Part shown: piece after piece, positions 51,795-63,145 of the stretch
How positions within the stretch are numbered: position 1 is the stretch's first letter
Layout of the letters: each line of letters starts with the position of its first letter
From: Saprospiraceae bacterium
GTDB lineage: Bacteria > Bacteroidota > Bacteroidia > Chitinophagales > Saprospiraceae
Length of the DNA stretch: 64,000 nucleotides
Direction of reading: 5' to 3'
Assembly (NCBI GenBank): GCA_041392765.1
Contig: JAWKLL010000021.1
Location: 4,542-68,541 of the forward strand
Notes under the pieces: model-generated
Seen by the model: the letters and a program-made list of their open reading frames with translations, nothing else
What the model was told of the DNA's origin: nothing
Databases searched by the model: none
Position numbers and translations under genes: made by a program

Positions 51795-52979
51795 TTATTT
51801 ATAAATCTGAACGGGTGCCAAACCATCCGAATATTCCCTTATTTCTAAAAAATTAGGGCGTGGCAGCCATATCAAGCGGCCAGTAGTATCGATAAAGGTC
51901 AACCCGGCATCGGTGGCTACCCGCGCTAATCCTTGTTGGAAAGGCCAAGCCAAAAAATATTGAGGGGCACTAATGATGCGTCCACTTGCATCCATGTACC
52001 CCCATAGTTCGCCATCGCGAAAACATGCAAACCCCTCGCTAAACGGGTGTATTTCCGATAAAGTCCGTGACAAAAGTGCGTCCCCTGTGGCTGTTAATAA
52101 ACTGTAGTTGCCACCAGCATCTGCAATCCAAAGATGGTGGCCTGCATAAAACAATTGGTCATAATCAGGGCGAATGCTCCATTGGCCGTTTAGCGATAAT
52201 AGCCCCCATTGTTCCCCTTCCATTGCCGCCACATAGTTGTCATCCATTTCGCCCAGTTGCAACCATTTAGGAGGCAACACCCATTTGCCACGGTAATCCG
52301 TTATTCCCCATTTATCTTCTTGCTTTACGCGCAATCTATCAGGAGTAGATAACCTTTTGATTTGCTTAAACCTGCACTCAATGAGGAATTTCCCTTGTTT
52401 ATCGATGAGGCCATATTTTCCATTGGATGCCACTATTGCAGCCCCCTCTATAAAGTCAGCAGCTTTTTCAAATTGAGGAGCTACCACCGTTGTGCCGTTT
52501 GTATCAATATACCCGTACAGGTCTCCTTCCCGAAAAAAAGCCATCCCTTCGGCCCAATCACCCAGTTCTTCATATCGAGGTGATAATGCCCATTCGCCTT
52601 TTCGATTGATATACCCAAATAGGCCATCATCTTGCTGGGCGCGCGCCCATTTGCCCTGAAATGGCCAAGCAGCACGAAATGTTGCAGTAAATGCTTGTTT
52701 GCCATCCGCTTGAATATATGCCCAGCGCCCGTTTCGCCTTACCAATGCCAACCCATCCTGAAAAGAACGGACTTCATCGAATTGGTCAACTACAACCAAA
52801 TTGCCAGCCCGGTTGATGAATCCCCATTGATAAGGATTCTCTTCGTAGTCGTGGTCGGGCAGAGGCGATTCAAGCTCATCTGTGGCAGTTGATGAGTCAT
52901 TCGGCGTGTCCTGCTTACAGCCTATTGCCAGAAAAACAACCATAATCGATACAAAACCATACAGCCACCTTTTCATCAT
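51795..52979 (-). CDS. WG-repeat (KWG-type) lipoprotein
   Basis: The signal/lipobox is ..VVFLAIGC. There are at least 9 repeats of the form [WFY]G[FYL]I[ND]..G..V[VIL].P.[FY].. Confidence 0.75.
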   Translation of the reverse strand: MMKRWLYGFVSIMVVFLAIGCKQDTPNDSSTATDELESPLPDHDYEENPYQWGFINRAGNLVVVDQFDEVRSFQDGLALVRRNGRWAYIQADGKQAFTATFRAAWPFQGKWARAQQDDGLFGYINRKGEWALSPRYEELGDWAEGMAFFREGDLYGYIDTNGTTVVAPQFEKAADFIEGAAIVASNGKYGLIDKQGKFLIECRFKQIKRLSTPDRLRVKQEDKWGITDYRGKWVLPPKWLQLGEMDDNYVAAMEGEQWGLLSLNGQWSIRPDYDQLFYAGHHLWIADAGGNYSLLTATGDALLSRTLSEIHPFSEGFACFRDGELWGYMDASGRIISAPQYFLAWPFQQGLARVATDAGLTFIDTTGRLIWLPRPNFLEIREYSDGLAPVQIYK

Positions 52980-53495
52980 TTATCCTCTTTTTGCCGCTAA
53001 ATAAGCTTCATAGCCCATACTTTCAATTGCCTCGTATTTATCGGCCACTTCCGCTGCCAGTTGCTGTTTATATACTATCATTCGATTGCGCAAAGCGTCA
53101 TCCTTATTGCCCAATATCTGAGCAGCTAATATACCTGCGTTTTTTGCTGCGTTGACAGCAACCGTAGCTACCGGCACCCCGTTGGGCATTTGTAAGATAG
53201 ACAACATAGAATCCCATCCATCAATGGAATTGGATGATTTTATAGGTACTCCTATCACGGGCAATGGACTGATGGCGGCCACCATACCCGGCAAGTGGGC
53301 GGCACCTCCAGCACCCGCAATAATCACATCCACCCCTCGCGTATGGGCTGCTTTTGCAAAAGCATACATCCTGTCGGGGGTTCGATGTGCTGAAACAATC
53401 GTCAACTCAAACGGCACGCCAAAATGTGCCAATATATCAGCTGCTTGCCGCATGATAGGCAAATCGGAGTCAGACCCCATGATGATACTTACCAT
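52980..53495 (-). CDS. purE: 5-(carboxyamino)imidazole ribonucleotide mutase
   Basis: The ATG at 53495 gives [34 protein letters not shown], which are canonical PurE motifs. Confidence 0.9.
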   Translation of the reverse strand: MVSIIMGSDSDLPIMRQAADILAHFGVPFELTIVSAHRTPDRMYAFAKAAHTRGVDVIIAGAGGAAHLPGMVAAISPLPVIGVPIKSSNSIDGWDSMLSILQMPNGVPVATVAVNAAKNAGILAAQILGNKDDALRNRMIVYKQQLAAEVADKYEAIESMGYEAYLAAKRG

Positions 53496-53499
53496 ATTT

Positions 53500-54678
53500 T
53501 TATATCTTTTTAGCTCCTTTACATTTGAGCGTTTCATTCACCCAATTGGCCTTCTCCCTCACCTCTTCCAAGCTACTGCCCATGATGGTCACATGCCCCA
53601 TCTTCCGGGAAGGGCGGGTTTCCGCCTTGCCGTACAAATGTACAAATACCTGCGGTGCTGCTAAGATTTCATCTAAGCCTTCATAACGAACTGCTCCCGT
53701 ATAACCCGCCTCTCCCAATATGTTTACCATGGCAGCCGATGCCAATAAACGAGTATCTCCTAGTGGCAGGTTGAGTACCCCACGAATGTGCTGCTCAAAC
53801 TGGCTAACTGGGCAACTTTCAATCGTATGGTGGCCACTGTTATGTGGGCGGGGTGCTACTTCGTTGACGAGTATCTCGCCTGCTGGTGTAAGGAACAACT
53901 CCACGGCCAATAACCCACATATATTATAAGCAATAGCTGTCCGCGTAGCAATTTCTACTGCCTTTGCAGCTATTTCTGGGCTAATCTGAGCGGGTGCAAA
54001 GAGGTAATTTACTAAGTTGGCTTCTGGATCAAATTCCATTTCAACTACGGGATAACATGCGATTTGGCCTCGCTCGTTACGCGCTACGATTACCGCTAAT
54101 TCTTTTTGAATAGGCACTAACTGCTCGAGCATCGAAGGCCCTTCTAACAGTTTTGTTGCCAAATCATCTTTGGTTCACTGCGAATGACGGCCACCCTCGG
54201 CCATCGTACCCACCAGGCGGCTTTCTGAACAAATGGCAAAGACCATTTTCCTGCCGCTGGTTGCTTTGATAGCTGTCACATCCGCAAACAATTCATAGGG
54301 CGCAGTAGGTAGATTATTTTGGGTATAAAAAGATTTCTGTAACCCCTTATCTTTGATAATATCCAAGATAGATGGATCGGGATGGACAACAACCCCTTCT
54401 GCTTTTAACCGATGTAATGCCCCTGTATGGACGTGTTCTATTTCGATGGTCAACACATCCACTTGGCGACCAAAAGCGAGTACATCTTCCTCTTGCTTAA
54501 AATCACCAGCAACAAAATGGGTACAATAGGAAGCCGCAGGCACACTTTTATCTTGGTCTAACACCCAAAAAGGCAATTGCCAATTGGCAGCAGGTATGGC
54601 CATCATCTTTCCCAATTGGCCTCCTCCTAACACCCCCAACTTGACTGCTCCATTGAAAACCGATGCAGTGGATTCCAT
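53500..54678 (-). pseudogene. purK: N5-carboxyaminoimidazole ribonucleotide synthase with about 4 frame changes within about 90 nt
   Basis: The N-terminus from the ATG at 54678 is ..KLGVLGGGQLGKMM. The ATP-grasp body lies at 53500-54162. Between 54165 and 54250 the peptide PFVQKA / GGYDGRG / VAVIRSE / KDDLATKLLEG is spread over three frames. Confidence 0.8.
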
Positions 54679-54897
54679 GCTCGTTGTTTTAGCGCAAAGA
54701 AACACAGAAATTTCGACTTGTCGATATGTTGCTTGCAAGAGTATGTCATAAACCCAGTAATCGGATGTCCCCCAATTATCATCCTATCGCCAACTAGATG
54801 AGATATAGAATTAAGTTAAACTTTAGTTAAAAACTCTTATCTCCAATCCACTTACCCGTAGCATAACTTATTTTTATAGCAACCAAATTCCTAACTT

Positions 54898-55881
54898 ATG
54901 CGCTACCTATTTACCTTGTCTTGCCTTTACATGCTATTCAGCGGATGTGTATCCTATCGTCCTTATCCAATGACGGAATCTAAGTTGACAGCATTGGACA
55001 TTCCTGCTAATGAGAACCCTGTTTCGCTATACATGATGGGGGAGACATTGCCAGAGAAAGACTACCTCCGTATAGCTCTGCTAAAAGAAAGTAGTGTAAA
55101 TGCGAATACAAACGACTTAATAGGGCGTTTATTAGGACGGGCAGCCACACTGGGTGCCGATGCCTTGTTAATACAAAATATCTCTGAAACCGAGGAGGTA
55201 CGCGAGCTATCCGAGTCTTCGTATTCAGTTCATAAAGAATCAGTATGGGGTCTCGCCATTAAATTCAAAGAAAACCTGACCTATCCTGGTCGGAAGCTAT
55301 CACACATAGAAGTACAGGGTATTGGAGGAAATGCCCAGTCTGAAGGAGGAAATATTTACCTTGCTGCAAACGGTGAGGCCACTCTGAGTAAAAGCACCAA
55401 ACTGACAAAAATAGCTTGGCAGTTTTCAATGGAATACTTGATGGAAAGCACGCATGGATGTTTTTTTAATAAGATTCCTTCGGGAGGAAGTAGTGATATT
55501 AGCCACTATCTATATCGGCAACACAGGAATTCTTCTTCCCTCACAACAACCCAGTTGAAAGCAAACCTCCTGCAAAATGGTCGTGTTAAAATGCTCCTGA
55601 TTACTATGTTAAACGGCAATAATACACGCATCAAATTGTACTTTGACTACAATGAGCAGAACCAATTGGTAAGTCGTTGGGGGGAAATAGCACCTGGTAT
55701 CAACTATAGGATCAATACGACCTACCACCCTGACGGCAGCATAGCTGGAGAAACCTATGAAAGCTGGACACAAGGACAAACCACCCCTTCCCCATTGTTG
55801 CAAACAACCTACTATTACCTATCAGAGGAAGATTGGCGGGAGCAAGTTGAGAAAGAACAATTTATCAGTAGTAATAATTAG
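54898..55881 (+). CDS. Hypothetical lipoprotein
   Basis: Intact 327-aa ORF with the lipobox ..MLFSGC. I recognise no family. The C-terminal part has YD/MORN-like short repeats (YFDYNEQNQLVSRWG.., TTYHPDGSIAGE). Confidence 0.5.
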   Translation: MRYLFTLSCLYMLFSGCVSYRPYPMTESKLTALDIPANENPVSLYMMGETLPEKDYLRIALLKESSVNANTNDLIGRLLGRAATLGADALLIQNISETEEVRELSESSYSVHKESVWGLAIKFKENLTYPGRKLSHIEVQGIGGNAQSEGGNIYLAANGEATLSKSTKLTKIAWQFSMEYLMESTHGCFFNKIPSGGSSDISHYLYRQHRNSSSLTTTQLKANLLQNGRVKMLLITMLNGNNTRIKLYFDYNEQNQLVSRWGEIAPGINYRINTTYHPDGSIAGETYESWTQGQTTPSPLLQTTYYYLSEEDWREQVEKEQFISSNN

Positions 55882-55884
55882 CAT

Positions 55885-56935
55885 TTACTCCTTTACGACA
55901 ATCGCTTCAAACCCCTTGGTCATGCGGGTTTGGAGCTGCCCTTGCTCATCGGCGTAAATGAAGCAAGCTTCAATTCCTTGAAGCGTGTCGATCATTTGGT
56001 ATGCCTTTTCCAAGCCAGCAACCATGCAGGCGGTAGCCAGCGCATCGGCAGTGGCACAGTCGGCAGCAAGGATTGATGTACTAAGAAGGTTGCTCCTTTC
56101 GGGGAAACCCGTTTTAGGATTAATCGTGTGGCTAAATTTTTGACCAACCGCTTCATAGAAGTTGCGGTAATTGCCGGAAGTAGCCACTGCGGCGTCCACT
56201 AATGAAACGGCAATTTGATAATCCGTAACAGCGGAAGTTTCCAAAGGCACGGCTACACCGATACGCCAAGGAGTTTCGCTGTTGCCTTTATTCCCTTTAG
56301 CCACCACTTCGCCACCAATATCTACTAAGTAGTTGTTGATACCCTTGTTCTGTAGGAAATCCGCTACTAAGTCCACACCGTAGCCCTTGGCAATGGCGGA
56401 GAAATCCAACTGTACAGATGGGTGCTGCTTGCGTAATGTATGCGAAACAGTGTCTAAAGCAATACACTCCATACCAACAAACTGCAAAATCGAGTCGATC
56501 TTGGCACTGTCAACCGTCGTCACGGGGCGTTTTTCCGTATAACCAAATCCCCAGTAATTGACCAACGGCATAACGGTGGGATTAAAATACTGCTGCGTCA
56601 ATGTTGCTATTTTCCAAGACAATCGTACGTTTTGGTAAAAATGGGGTGCTTGTTGTAGGGCGACTGCGTCCAACTCGGGTAGATCACCATAGTTAAATCG
56701 AGAAATAGTCGATGTAGGAATGTAGGTAGAAACTTCTTCGTTCAAAGCTACCAACAGGGAATCGATTTGATCTTTTAGCCCTGTAAGGTTATCTCCAGTA
56801 AAGCTGATGCGGTAATAAGTGCCCATTGTTTCCTTCAATACTTGGACAGGCATAAGCACAGGAGGCGTAGATCTTACGCAAGAAAATATCCCCCAAGCAA
56901 TGATGCTCGGTATAAAGAGAAATAAACGATCGCAT
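55885..56935 (-). pseudogene. apbE: FAD:protein FMN transferase (ApbE family) with a frameshift in the signal-peptide region
   Basis: The body is at 55885-56859 (..FSAIAKGYGVD..DIGGE..ATSGNY..HTINPKTG..ADALATA). The ATG at 56935 gives MRSFISL, and the frame change then continues FIPSIIAWGIFSC (lipobox). Confidence 0.75.
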
Positions 56936-56950
56936 AGTAATTGGTCTTCA

Positions 56951-57175
56951 GTTATCGGACGACTTAATAGTTGTGGTTCTTTGACACAAAGTGTGGCATT
57001 AATGGCTAGCTATCTCGGCAAAAGGCCGGGAGCAAGTTGTGCAACAGTGGCCGCGATAGCGGACAGACGCTTGCGACCGTAGGAAGCTGGCCGAGCGAAT
57101 AACCCGAGCTGGCGGAGACGTAGCGCCCGAAGGGCTGCCACAGGAATTGTCAAAGAACCATAGTTGTCCAATAAC
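56951..57175. repeat. MITE-like element with a GC-rich core (family E)
   Basis: The terminal inverted repeats are gttatcggac..agttgtggttctttgaca (56951-56986) and tgtcaaagaaccatagttgtccaataac (57148-57175). The core is GC-rich and hairpin-dense. The left terminus motif recurs at 21423-21436. Confidence 0.65.
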
Positions 57176-57199
57176 TGCGGTCATTATTCTTTCCGTCCC

Positions 57200-58565
57200 T
57201 TATGCTTTCATTTCCGTATAATAGTGGAAGTAGTAAGGGATCGTCTCAATGCCTTTGTAAAATTAAACAACCCGTAGTATTCGTGGGAGAGTGGATGGCA
57301 TCGCTGTCCAAGCCAAAACCCATGAGTACACTTTTCACCTAATACTTTTTCAAAAGAGGCTACAATAGGAATCGCTACGCCTTCCCTCTTGAGGATGAGT
57401 GCCTTATAGTAGCTTCCATTGCTTTATGTACGCTTGATATTCCGGCGTATCGGTTGGTGTCACTACTGGCTCGCCACCGTGGTGTGGGCGCACTTCTACT
57501 TTACTTCAGCAGGAGCGGCCTGCTCAAAGTAATTTTGAACAACTCAGTGATCTTATCTGGGTGTTGGTTGGGTACCAAACGCATACTGATTTTGGCAAAA
57601 GCTTTGGATGGCAATACCGTTTTAGAGCCTTCGCCTGTATATACTCCCCAAATACCGTTTACATCTAAGGTAGGGCGTATGCTGGTGCGTTCCAAGGTTG
57701 TAAAACCAGCTTCCCCTCTGACGGCATCAATACCTAAATCCTTTTGGTAATTGCCTAAATGGAAGGGAGCTTTGTTCATTTCCGCACGCTCTACATCGGA
57801 AACATCTTGCACATCATCATAAAAACCGGGAATGGTAATGTGCTTGTTTCATCCATCATACTCAATCATCTCGCAAAGCACGTTGATCGGGTTGCCAACG
57901 GCTCCTCCATATACGCCTGAGTGAGGAATAACGATTGACACATATACTTCCACTTCCACATAGCTAAGCCCCTTAACCCCGTAGTAATGCTGGGGGTATC
58001 ATTAGCAATAATAGAGAGGTGTCTGAAATCAAGATAACATCGCAGGCTAGTTTGTCCTTGTGCTCCACCAAAAACTTACCCAAATGAGCAGAACCTGTTT
58101 CTTCTTCTCCTTCGATCATGAACTTGATGTACAAGGAAGAGTATTTGTAGCCATCATAGCTTCAAAAGCCTTCACATTCATAACATCTGCCACTTTATCA
58201 TCGCAAGAACCACACGCGCAAAAATAGCTCCATCAGGGTGCAGCTCGGTCTTTTTAATCACAGGCTCGAAGTACTATCTAATGACACAGGATCGGCAGGT
58301 TGCACATCGTAATGACCATAAACCATGATAGTTGTTAAGGTATCGGAGATTTTTTTCTCACCGAAGACGATGGGATGGCCTGCAATTGGGAACAATCTCT
58401 ACTGTGTCGGCACCTGCCTTGCGTAGATGATTAGCTACGCGCTTCATTGTGCGTTGAACATCCGCTTTGGCGGTCGGCTTTGACACTCCGGAATGCGCAA
58501 TAAATCAAAAAGTTCTTCTAAGAATGGTCTTTGTTGTCCTGTATATATTGTTGTGTGGCTTGCAT
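57200..58565 (-). pseudogene. M20-family dipeptidase, heavily frameshifted (at least 8 frame changes)
   Basis: The ATG at 58565 gives MQATQQYIQDNK..FLEELFDLLRIPSVS-like. The middle reads ..MVYGHYDVQPADP.. and ..IEGEEETGS... ORF 57501-57812 reads ..ERTSIRPTLDVNGIWGVYTGEGSKTVLPSKAFAKISMRLVPNQ... The end is ..YKGIETIPYYFHYYTEMKA*, with the stop at 57200-57202. Confidence 0.7.
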
Positions 58566-58569
58566 GATG

Positions 58570-58690
58570 TAAGGAATGTTGGATCCCGATAGCTATCGGG
58601 GTGAAATGTGGAAAATGTAGAATCCCGATAACTATCAGGGTGCTAAAGATGTATATGTGCCAAAAGTTGACATTTCGCACATATACACTT
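58570..58690. repeat. Tandem family C units (palindrome plus linker), reverse orientation relative to 17426-17545
   Basis: gatcccgatagctatcggggtgaaatgtggaaaatgtagaatcccgataactatcagggtg..catttcgcacatatacac. Confidence 0.65.
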
Positions 58691-58697
58691 GCAACAT

Positions 58698-59618
58698 TTA
58701 TTTCAAGCTATCATAAACATCCATGACAGATTTGACAGCTTTGGAGGATGCATCCATCAGGGCTTGTTCGTCTGCATTGAGGTTTACGGTAATGAGTTGT
58801 TCGATACCGTTTTTACTATTTGACGGGTACACCTAAGTAAACATCTTGCTGGTTATACTCACCGTTTAGGAGTACGCAACAAGGAAAACACGCTTTTCAT
58901 TGCGCACGATAGACTCCACCATCATTAACGCAACGGCGCAAGGGAGCATACCAAGCGGAAGTGCCCATGAGCTTTACCTAATTCTCCACCACCAGATTTG
59001 GTGCGTTCTACGATAATTGAGGTTTCTTCGTCAATCATTTCAGTAACAGGAATGCCTGCCACCGTAGTAACGAGGCAGTGGCACCATCGGTAGTCGCCAT
59101 GACCGCCCAAAATAGCAAAGCTTGAATGTCCTTAGGAGAAACATCTAAAGCCGTAGCCAAAAATGCGCGATAACGGCGGTATCTAAGATACCGCACCATG
59201 CCAAATGCGGCTTCTGTCCATACCAGATGCTTCGTGGCGGCATAAGTCATCACATCCAATGGGTTTGAAACCACGATAATGATGGGGTTGGCGGGTGTTC
59301 CATAATTGATTTGGTGACACTCTGCAATCTTAGCGTTGGTAGTGATCAAATCATCGCGGCTCATGCCGGGTTTGCGGGGAATACCAGCTGTGACCACGAT
59401 ATCGGAGTTGGCGGTATCGGCATAATTATCAGTACCTACAACACGGGTGCTGTAATAATCGATGAGGGCTTGCTGCCCAAGTATCGAGTGCTTTACCGCG
59501 ATGCAAAATCACCCTGAATATCCAACAGAACGATTTCGTTGACTACATCCTTTGTGTGCCAATACATTGGCTACCGTAGCACCTACGTTGCCAGCACCAC
59601 AACTGTTACCTTGCTCAT
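58698..59618 (-). pseudogene. mdh: Malate dehydrogenase (LDH-like, NAD-dependent), heavily frameshifted
   Basis: The ATG at 59618 gives MSKVTVVGAGNVGAT-like after a frame correction. Fragments include ..GIPRKPGMSRDDL...N..I.. (ORF 59035-59397) and ..VVSNPLDVMTY... The end is ..KAVKSVMDVYDSLK*, with the stop at 58698-58700. Confidence 0.75.
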
Positions 59619-59659
59619 AATTTTAGTTTGGTTTTTGTCGGCTAAATAATCTATTATTA

Positions 59660-59818
59660 GAGGTTACTTGTAGGATAATTTTGTATGCGCTTCCAATGTC
59701 TTGCCATGCTGCGTCGAAGAACCATTTTCTTAGCTATGGCTAAGCGAAAGAACCTTTTCCTTGCCTAACGTAAAAATCTTATTGTGGAATCCCTATACAA
59801 ATTCCCCGTGCGTATCTC
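59660..59818. repeat. Interspersed repeat, family A (copy A3, long form)
   Basis: gaggttacttgtaggataatttt ... cttagctatggctaag ... aaattccccgtgcgtatctc. It is collinear with 8491-8652 and lies 42 nt upstream of the mdh ATG. Confidence 0.8.
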
Positions 59819-60044
59819 TATTGCTGAACCCGGAGAAACAAGGAAAGTTCATAGGCTACCGCTTGTTTAATCATTGCAAGCTCAATAAGGGAGCGAATAA
59901 TTTGTAGTTTGCGCGGCAAATGTAGCGATTTTTTCGGGTTTTGTTCAACTAAAGACCAAAGAATTACGGTTTTAAAACAGACCTTCACCTTATATTTTTG
60001 CTATTTTTGCCCACACTTTACTTTTAAGAAAACAAATTGCAGAC

Positions 60045-61566
60045 ATGCGTAAATTTTTAATGCTTTTTTCACTGATGATAGCAACAACGCTTCAAAGCAC
60101 AGACATTTTCATGTGTGTGGCACACACCCGCTAGCGAAGGCTTTGATGGACAGATGGACAGATTGTTGAGAGCATGGTACAAGCGCCAGCGGTGCCATGC
60201 CGAACGCAACACAATATACGTACCCATCAAATTCCATTTAGGTGCTAAAAACGACGGAAGCGGCAGGGTAACAGAAGGTAATGTTTTGGGTCGATTACAT
60301 TGCGATTGAACGAAGACTACCTCCCCTACGACATTCAATTCTTTTTAGCTGACAACGCTTTCAATTACATCAACAATACGACTTTTACGAAAACCATGGT
60401 ACTACTCAAAACGGCATTATGGCTATTGAAGGAAGGTGCTCGTGCGATGCGAACGTGTATATCGTAGAAAACATAAACCAAAGTGGAATTGGCGGTGGTT
60501 CTGCATTGATACTTGGCGTATTATAGCATTCCTCATGACTGGATTGTCATTACAAAACATATATACGCAAAAATGGCCACCCCACTTAGCCACGAAAGAT
60601 AGGTCACTTCTTTCTGCTCACACCTTCAACGGTTGGGGAGTCCGAAGCATTCAATACTGTAGATGTAAATGCCCCCGTTTCCGGCTTTACAGGCAGCATA
60701 CTGACGGAACGCCAAAACGGCACCAACTGCGAATCAGCAGGCGACATGATGCAATACACGCCTGACTACGGCAATGGTTTACGGAATTGCCAAACACTTG
60801 GTTGCGATTTCCATTGAATGTGCTAGACCCACAGGGTACACAAATCAACCCCGACGAACGTAATTATATGAGCTACTTCCTCAACTGCACGGATGATGAA
60901 TATTTTTCTCCGACCAGCAGTATTGCAGCCATATTATCGGATTGGAACTCCTTCCAACGCAACTACTTACGCTTAGATCATGTTCCTGCAATATTTGCCT
61001 ATCACCGAAGAAGCAGTTTCCCGTTTACCCCATTGAAGGTGAAAATATGGATACAACGCTGTCAATTTCAATTGGACTCCGTGCAAATGCGCACACTTAC
61101 CTGTTCAAATATCCGTGCCTCCACTTTTACCATCAACCCTATTCGAAGAATAGTGTATGGCAACAGCGTTGTGTTGGATGATTTGGAGGCCAACAGAACC
61201 TACTACTGGAGGGTACGCCCATTCAATGCTCATTTTACTTGTATCCCTATGAGTAGCACTACTTCCTTTACTACGGGAACTACTGTTGCAACTCAAGCTC
61301 CATCATTTGTAGAGTCTTTTAGGGTTTCCCCCAATCCCGTTCCCAGCAACAGCCAACTTTCTGTTGAATTGGTTACGGAACAAGCCTTTACCGCTAGTGT
61401 GCAATTACTGGATGTGACGGGCAAGGCTATTTCAACTTACCCTATGCAGGTTGGTATTGGACAACAGTACCTTACCATCCCTACTGGTGAACTGGCTAAA
61501 GGAGTCTATCTGTTGCGTTTGGTAACCGAAAAAGGCAGCATTACAGAAAAAGTAGTCGTCAACTGA
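60045..61566 (+). pseudogene. M43-like (pappalysin/ulilysin-type) zinc metalloprotease paralog with a T9SS tail; many frameshifts
   Basis: The ATG at 60045 gives the signal MRKFLMLFSLMIATTLQ. Fragments include VPIKFHLGAKNDGSGRVTEGNVL and a broken H-E-x-G-H-F-F-S-L-x-H-T-F site around 60590-60640. The intact C-terminal ORF 60787-61566 ends in the tail ..VSPNPVPS..GVYLLRLVT... Confidence 0.65.
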
Positions 61567-61642
61567 TTACGCCATCAATAATGAGATAAGGGTGGTAACA
61601 TTAAAGTTGCCACCCACCCCTTAATTTCAAGTGCATTCATTT

Positions 61643-63109
61643 ATGAAAAACCGTATTCTTCTTACCTATTTCGCGCTGCTGCTAATGGGGATTCATAGCC
61701 ATGCACAATCTGATGCGCCACTGCCTTGCGGCACCTCTATGGGAATTTCTCCGTGGCTACGTCATTTCCAACAGACCATCGAGGGGCGTCCAAGGAACTT
61801 TAGTATTAAATCCTTACCACTCCAAGTACATGTAGTAGGGACTGATGAAGGCGCAGGGTACATGCCGATTAATACGGTGCTTCGGTCATTTTGTACACTG
61901 AACAATGATTTTGCACAAGCTGACATCCAGTTTTATCAAGCAGGTCCTATTCATTACATCAATAATTCGGAGTACTACGAGCATGATTTCTGGGGAGGTA
62001 TTCAGATGATGAATGAACACAACGTACCGGGTGCTATCAATTGCTATATAGTAGAAGACGCGGCAGGCAACTGTGGCTATTACGTCCCCGGCGATGATGG
62101 AGTCGTACTTGCTAAAGGGTGTACGCAACCCAATGACCATACATGGGCACACGAAGTAGGCCACTTCCTATCGCTACCACACCCTTTCTTTGGTTGGGAA
62201 TGGGCGGATAGTCATAATTATAACAATCCCGCCCCAGCTGATTGGGACGGATGGCCTGTAGAAAAAGTAGATGGAAGTAATTGCCAAGAGGCCGGCGACG
62301 GTTTCTGTGATACAGCCCCAGATTATCTCAACTACCGCTGGAATTGCACCATTGACAACGTATCATCTGTTTTACAGACAGATCCAGATGGACAGACTTT
62401 TGTGTCTGATGGCACCCTCTTTATGTCTTATTCCAACCCTTTTTGTAAATCTCGTTTTTCAGCAGACCAAATAGCGGCCATGCACGCCAATGTGGAAGAA
62501 GAACGGCCTGATTTAATGGATAACATCCTTATACCCAGCACAATTGACATTGAACCGATTACCGATATTACTGTGATTTCGCCAGAACCTGACGTACCCA
62601 TCACAACCGCACAAGTGCTTTTAGAATGGGAACCTTTAGAGAATGCCACTCATTATGTGGTACAGGTGAATCCTTTCTCGCTATTCAGTATTGTTTTTAA
62701 TGAGTTTGTTGTGGATGAACCCCGCTTACTTTTCGATAACTTACAACCCAATCGAACCTTTTACTGGCGAATATTTCCTTTCAATAGCCACAATAGCTGT
62801 GTGGGTTTTTCAGTTGCGAGCACCTTTCAAACAGGTTTTATCACAGATGTAGATGACTTCAGTGATGAAGACGCAACGATTAAGATATTTCCCAACCCTG
62901 CCGATGGCATCAATGGTTGTACTTATTCGTGGCCTCATCTAACCACCGCGACCCTGCGACTGACGGATGTAAGTGGCAAAGAAGTAGGATACTACCCCGA
63001 AGTAAATACGCCTTTTCATGTACCAACTACTGCGCTAGCAGATGGAATGTACTTTCTGCAAATTGAACAAGGAAACAAAAAGTGGATTCGCAAATTGGTA
63101 ATCCACTAA
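61643..63109 (+). CDS. M43-like zinc metalloprotease with a T9SS type A tail (intact paralog)
   Basis: Signal peptide MKNRILLTYFALLLMGIHSHAQS. The zinc site is WAHEVGHFLSLPHPF (HExxHxxxxxH). A Cys-rich region is followed by the tail ..IFPNPADG..GMYFLQIEQ... Confidence 0.8.
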   Translation: MKNRILLTYFALLLMGIHSHAQSDAPLPCGTSMGISPWLRHFQQTIEGRPRNFSIKSLPLQVHVVGTDEGAGYMPINTVLRSFCTLNNDFAQADIQFYQAGPIHYINNSEYYEHDFWGGIQMMNEHNVPGAINCYIVEDAAGNCGYYVPGDDGVVLAKGCTQPNDHTWAHEVGHFLSLPHPFFGWEWADSHNYNNPAPADWDGWPVEKVDGSNCQEAGDGFCDTAPDYLNYRWNCTIDNVSSVLQTDPDGQTFVSDGTLFMSYSNPFCKSRFSADQIAAMHANVEEERPDLMDNILIPSTIDIEPITDITVISPEPDVPITTAQVLLEWEPLENATHYVVQVNPFSLFSIVFNEFVVDEPRLLFDNLQPNRTFYWRIFPFNSHNSCVGFSVASTFQTGFITDVDDFSDEDATIKIFPNPADGINGCTYSWPHLTTATLRLTDVSGKEVGYYPEVNTPFHVPTTALADGMYFLQIEQGNKKWIRKLVIH

Positions 63110-63145
63110 GTATGGCTATTAATTAAAGCACGCAAAAGCTATTTT

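Noticed and set aside
57215-57240. The motif tagtggaagta is shared between 57221-57231 and 21401-21411, suggesting another repeat family.
   Set aside because: At 57.2 kb the motif lies inside the M20 peptidase coding end (..YYFHYY..). The match is short and flanked by unrelated sequence, so it is probably coincidence.
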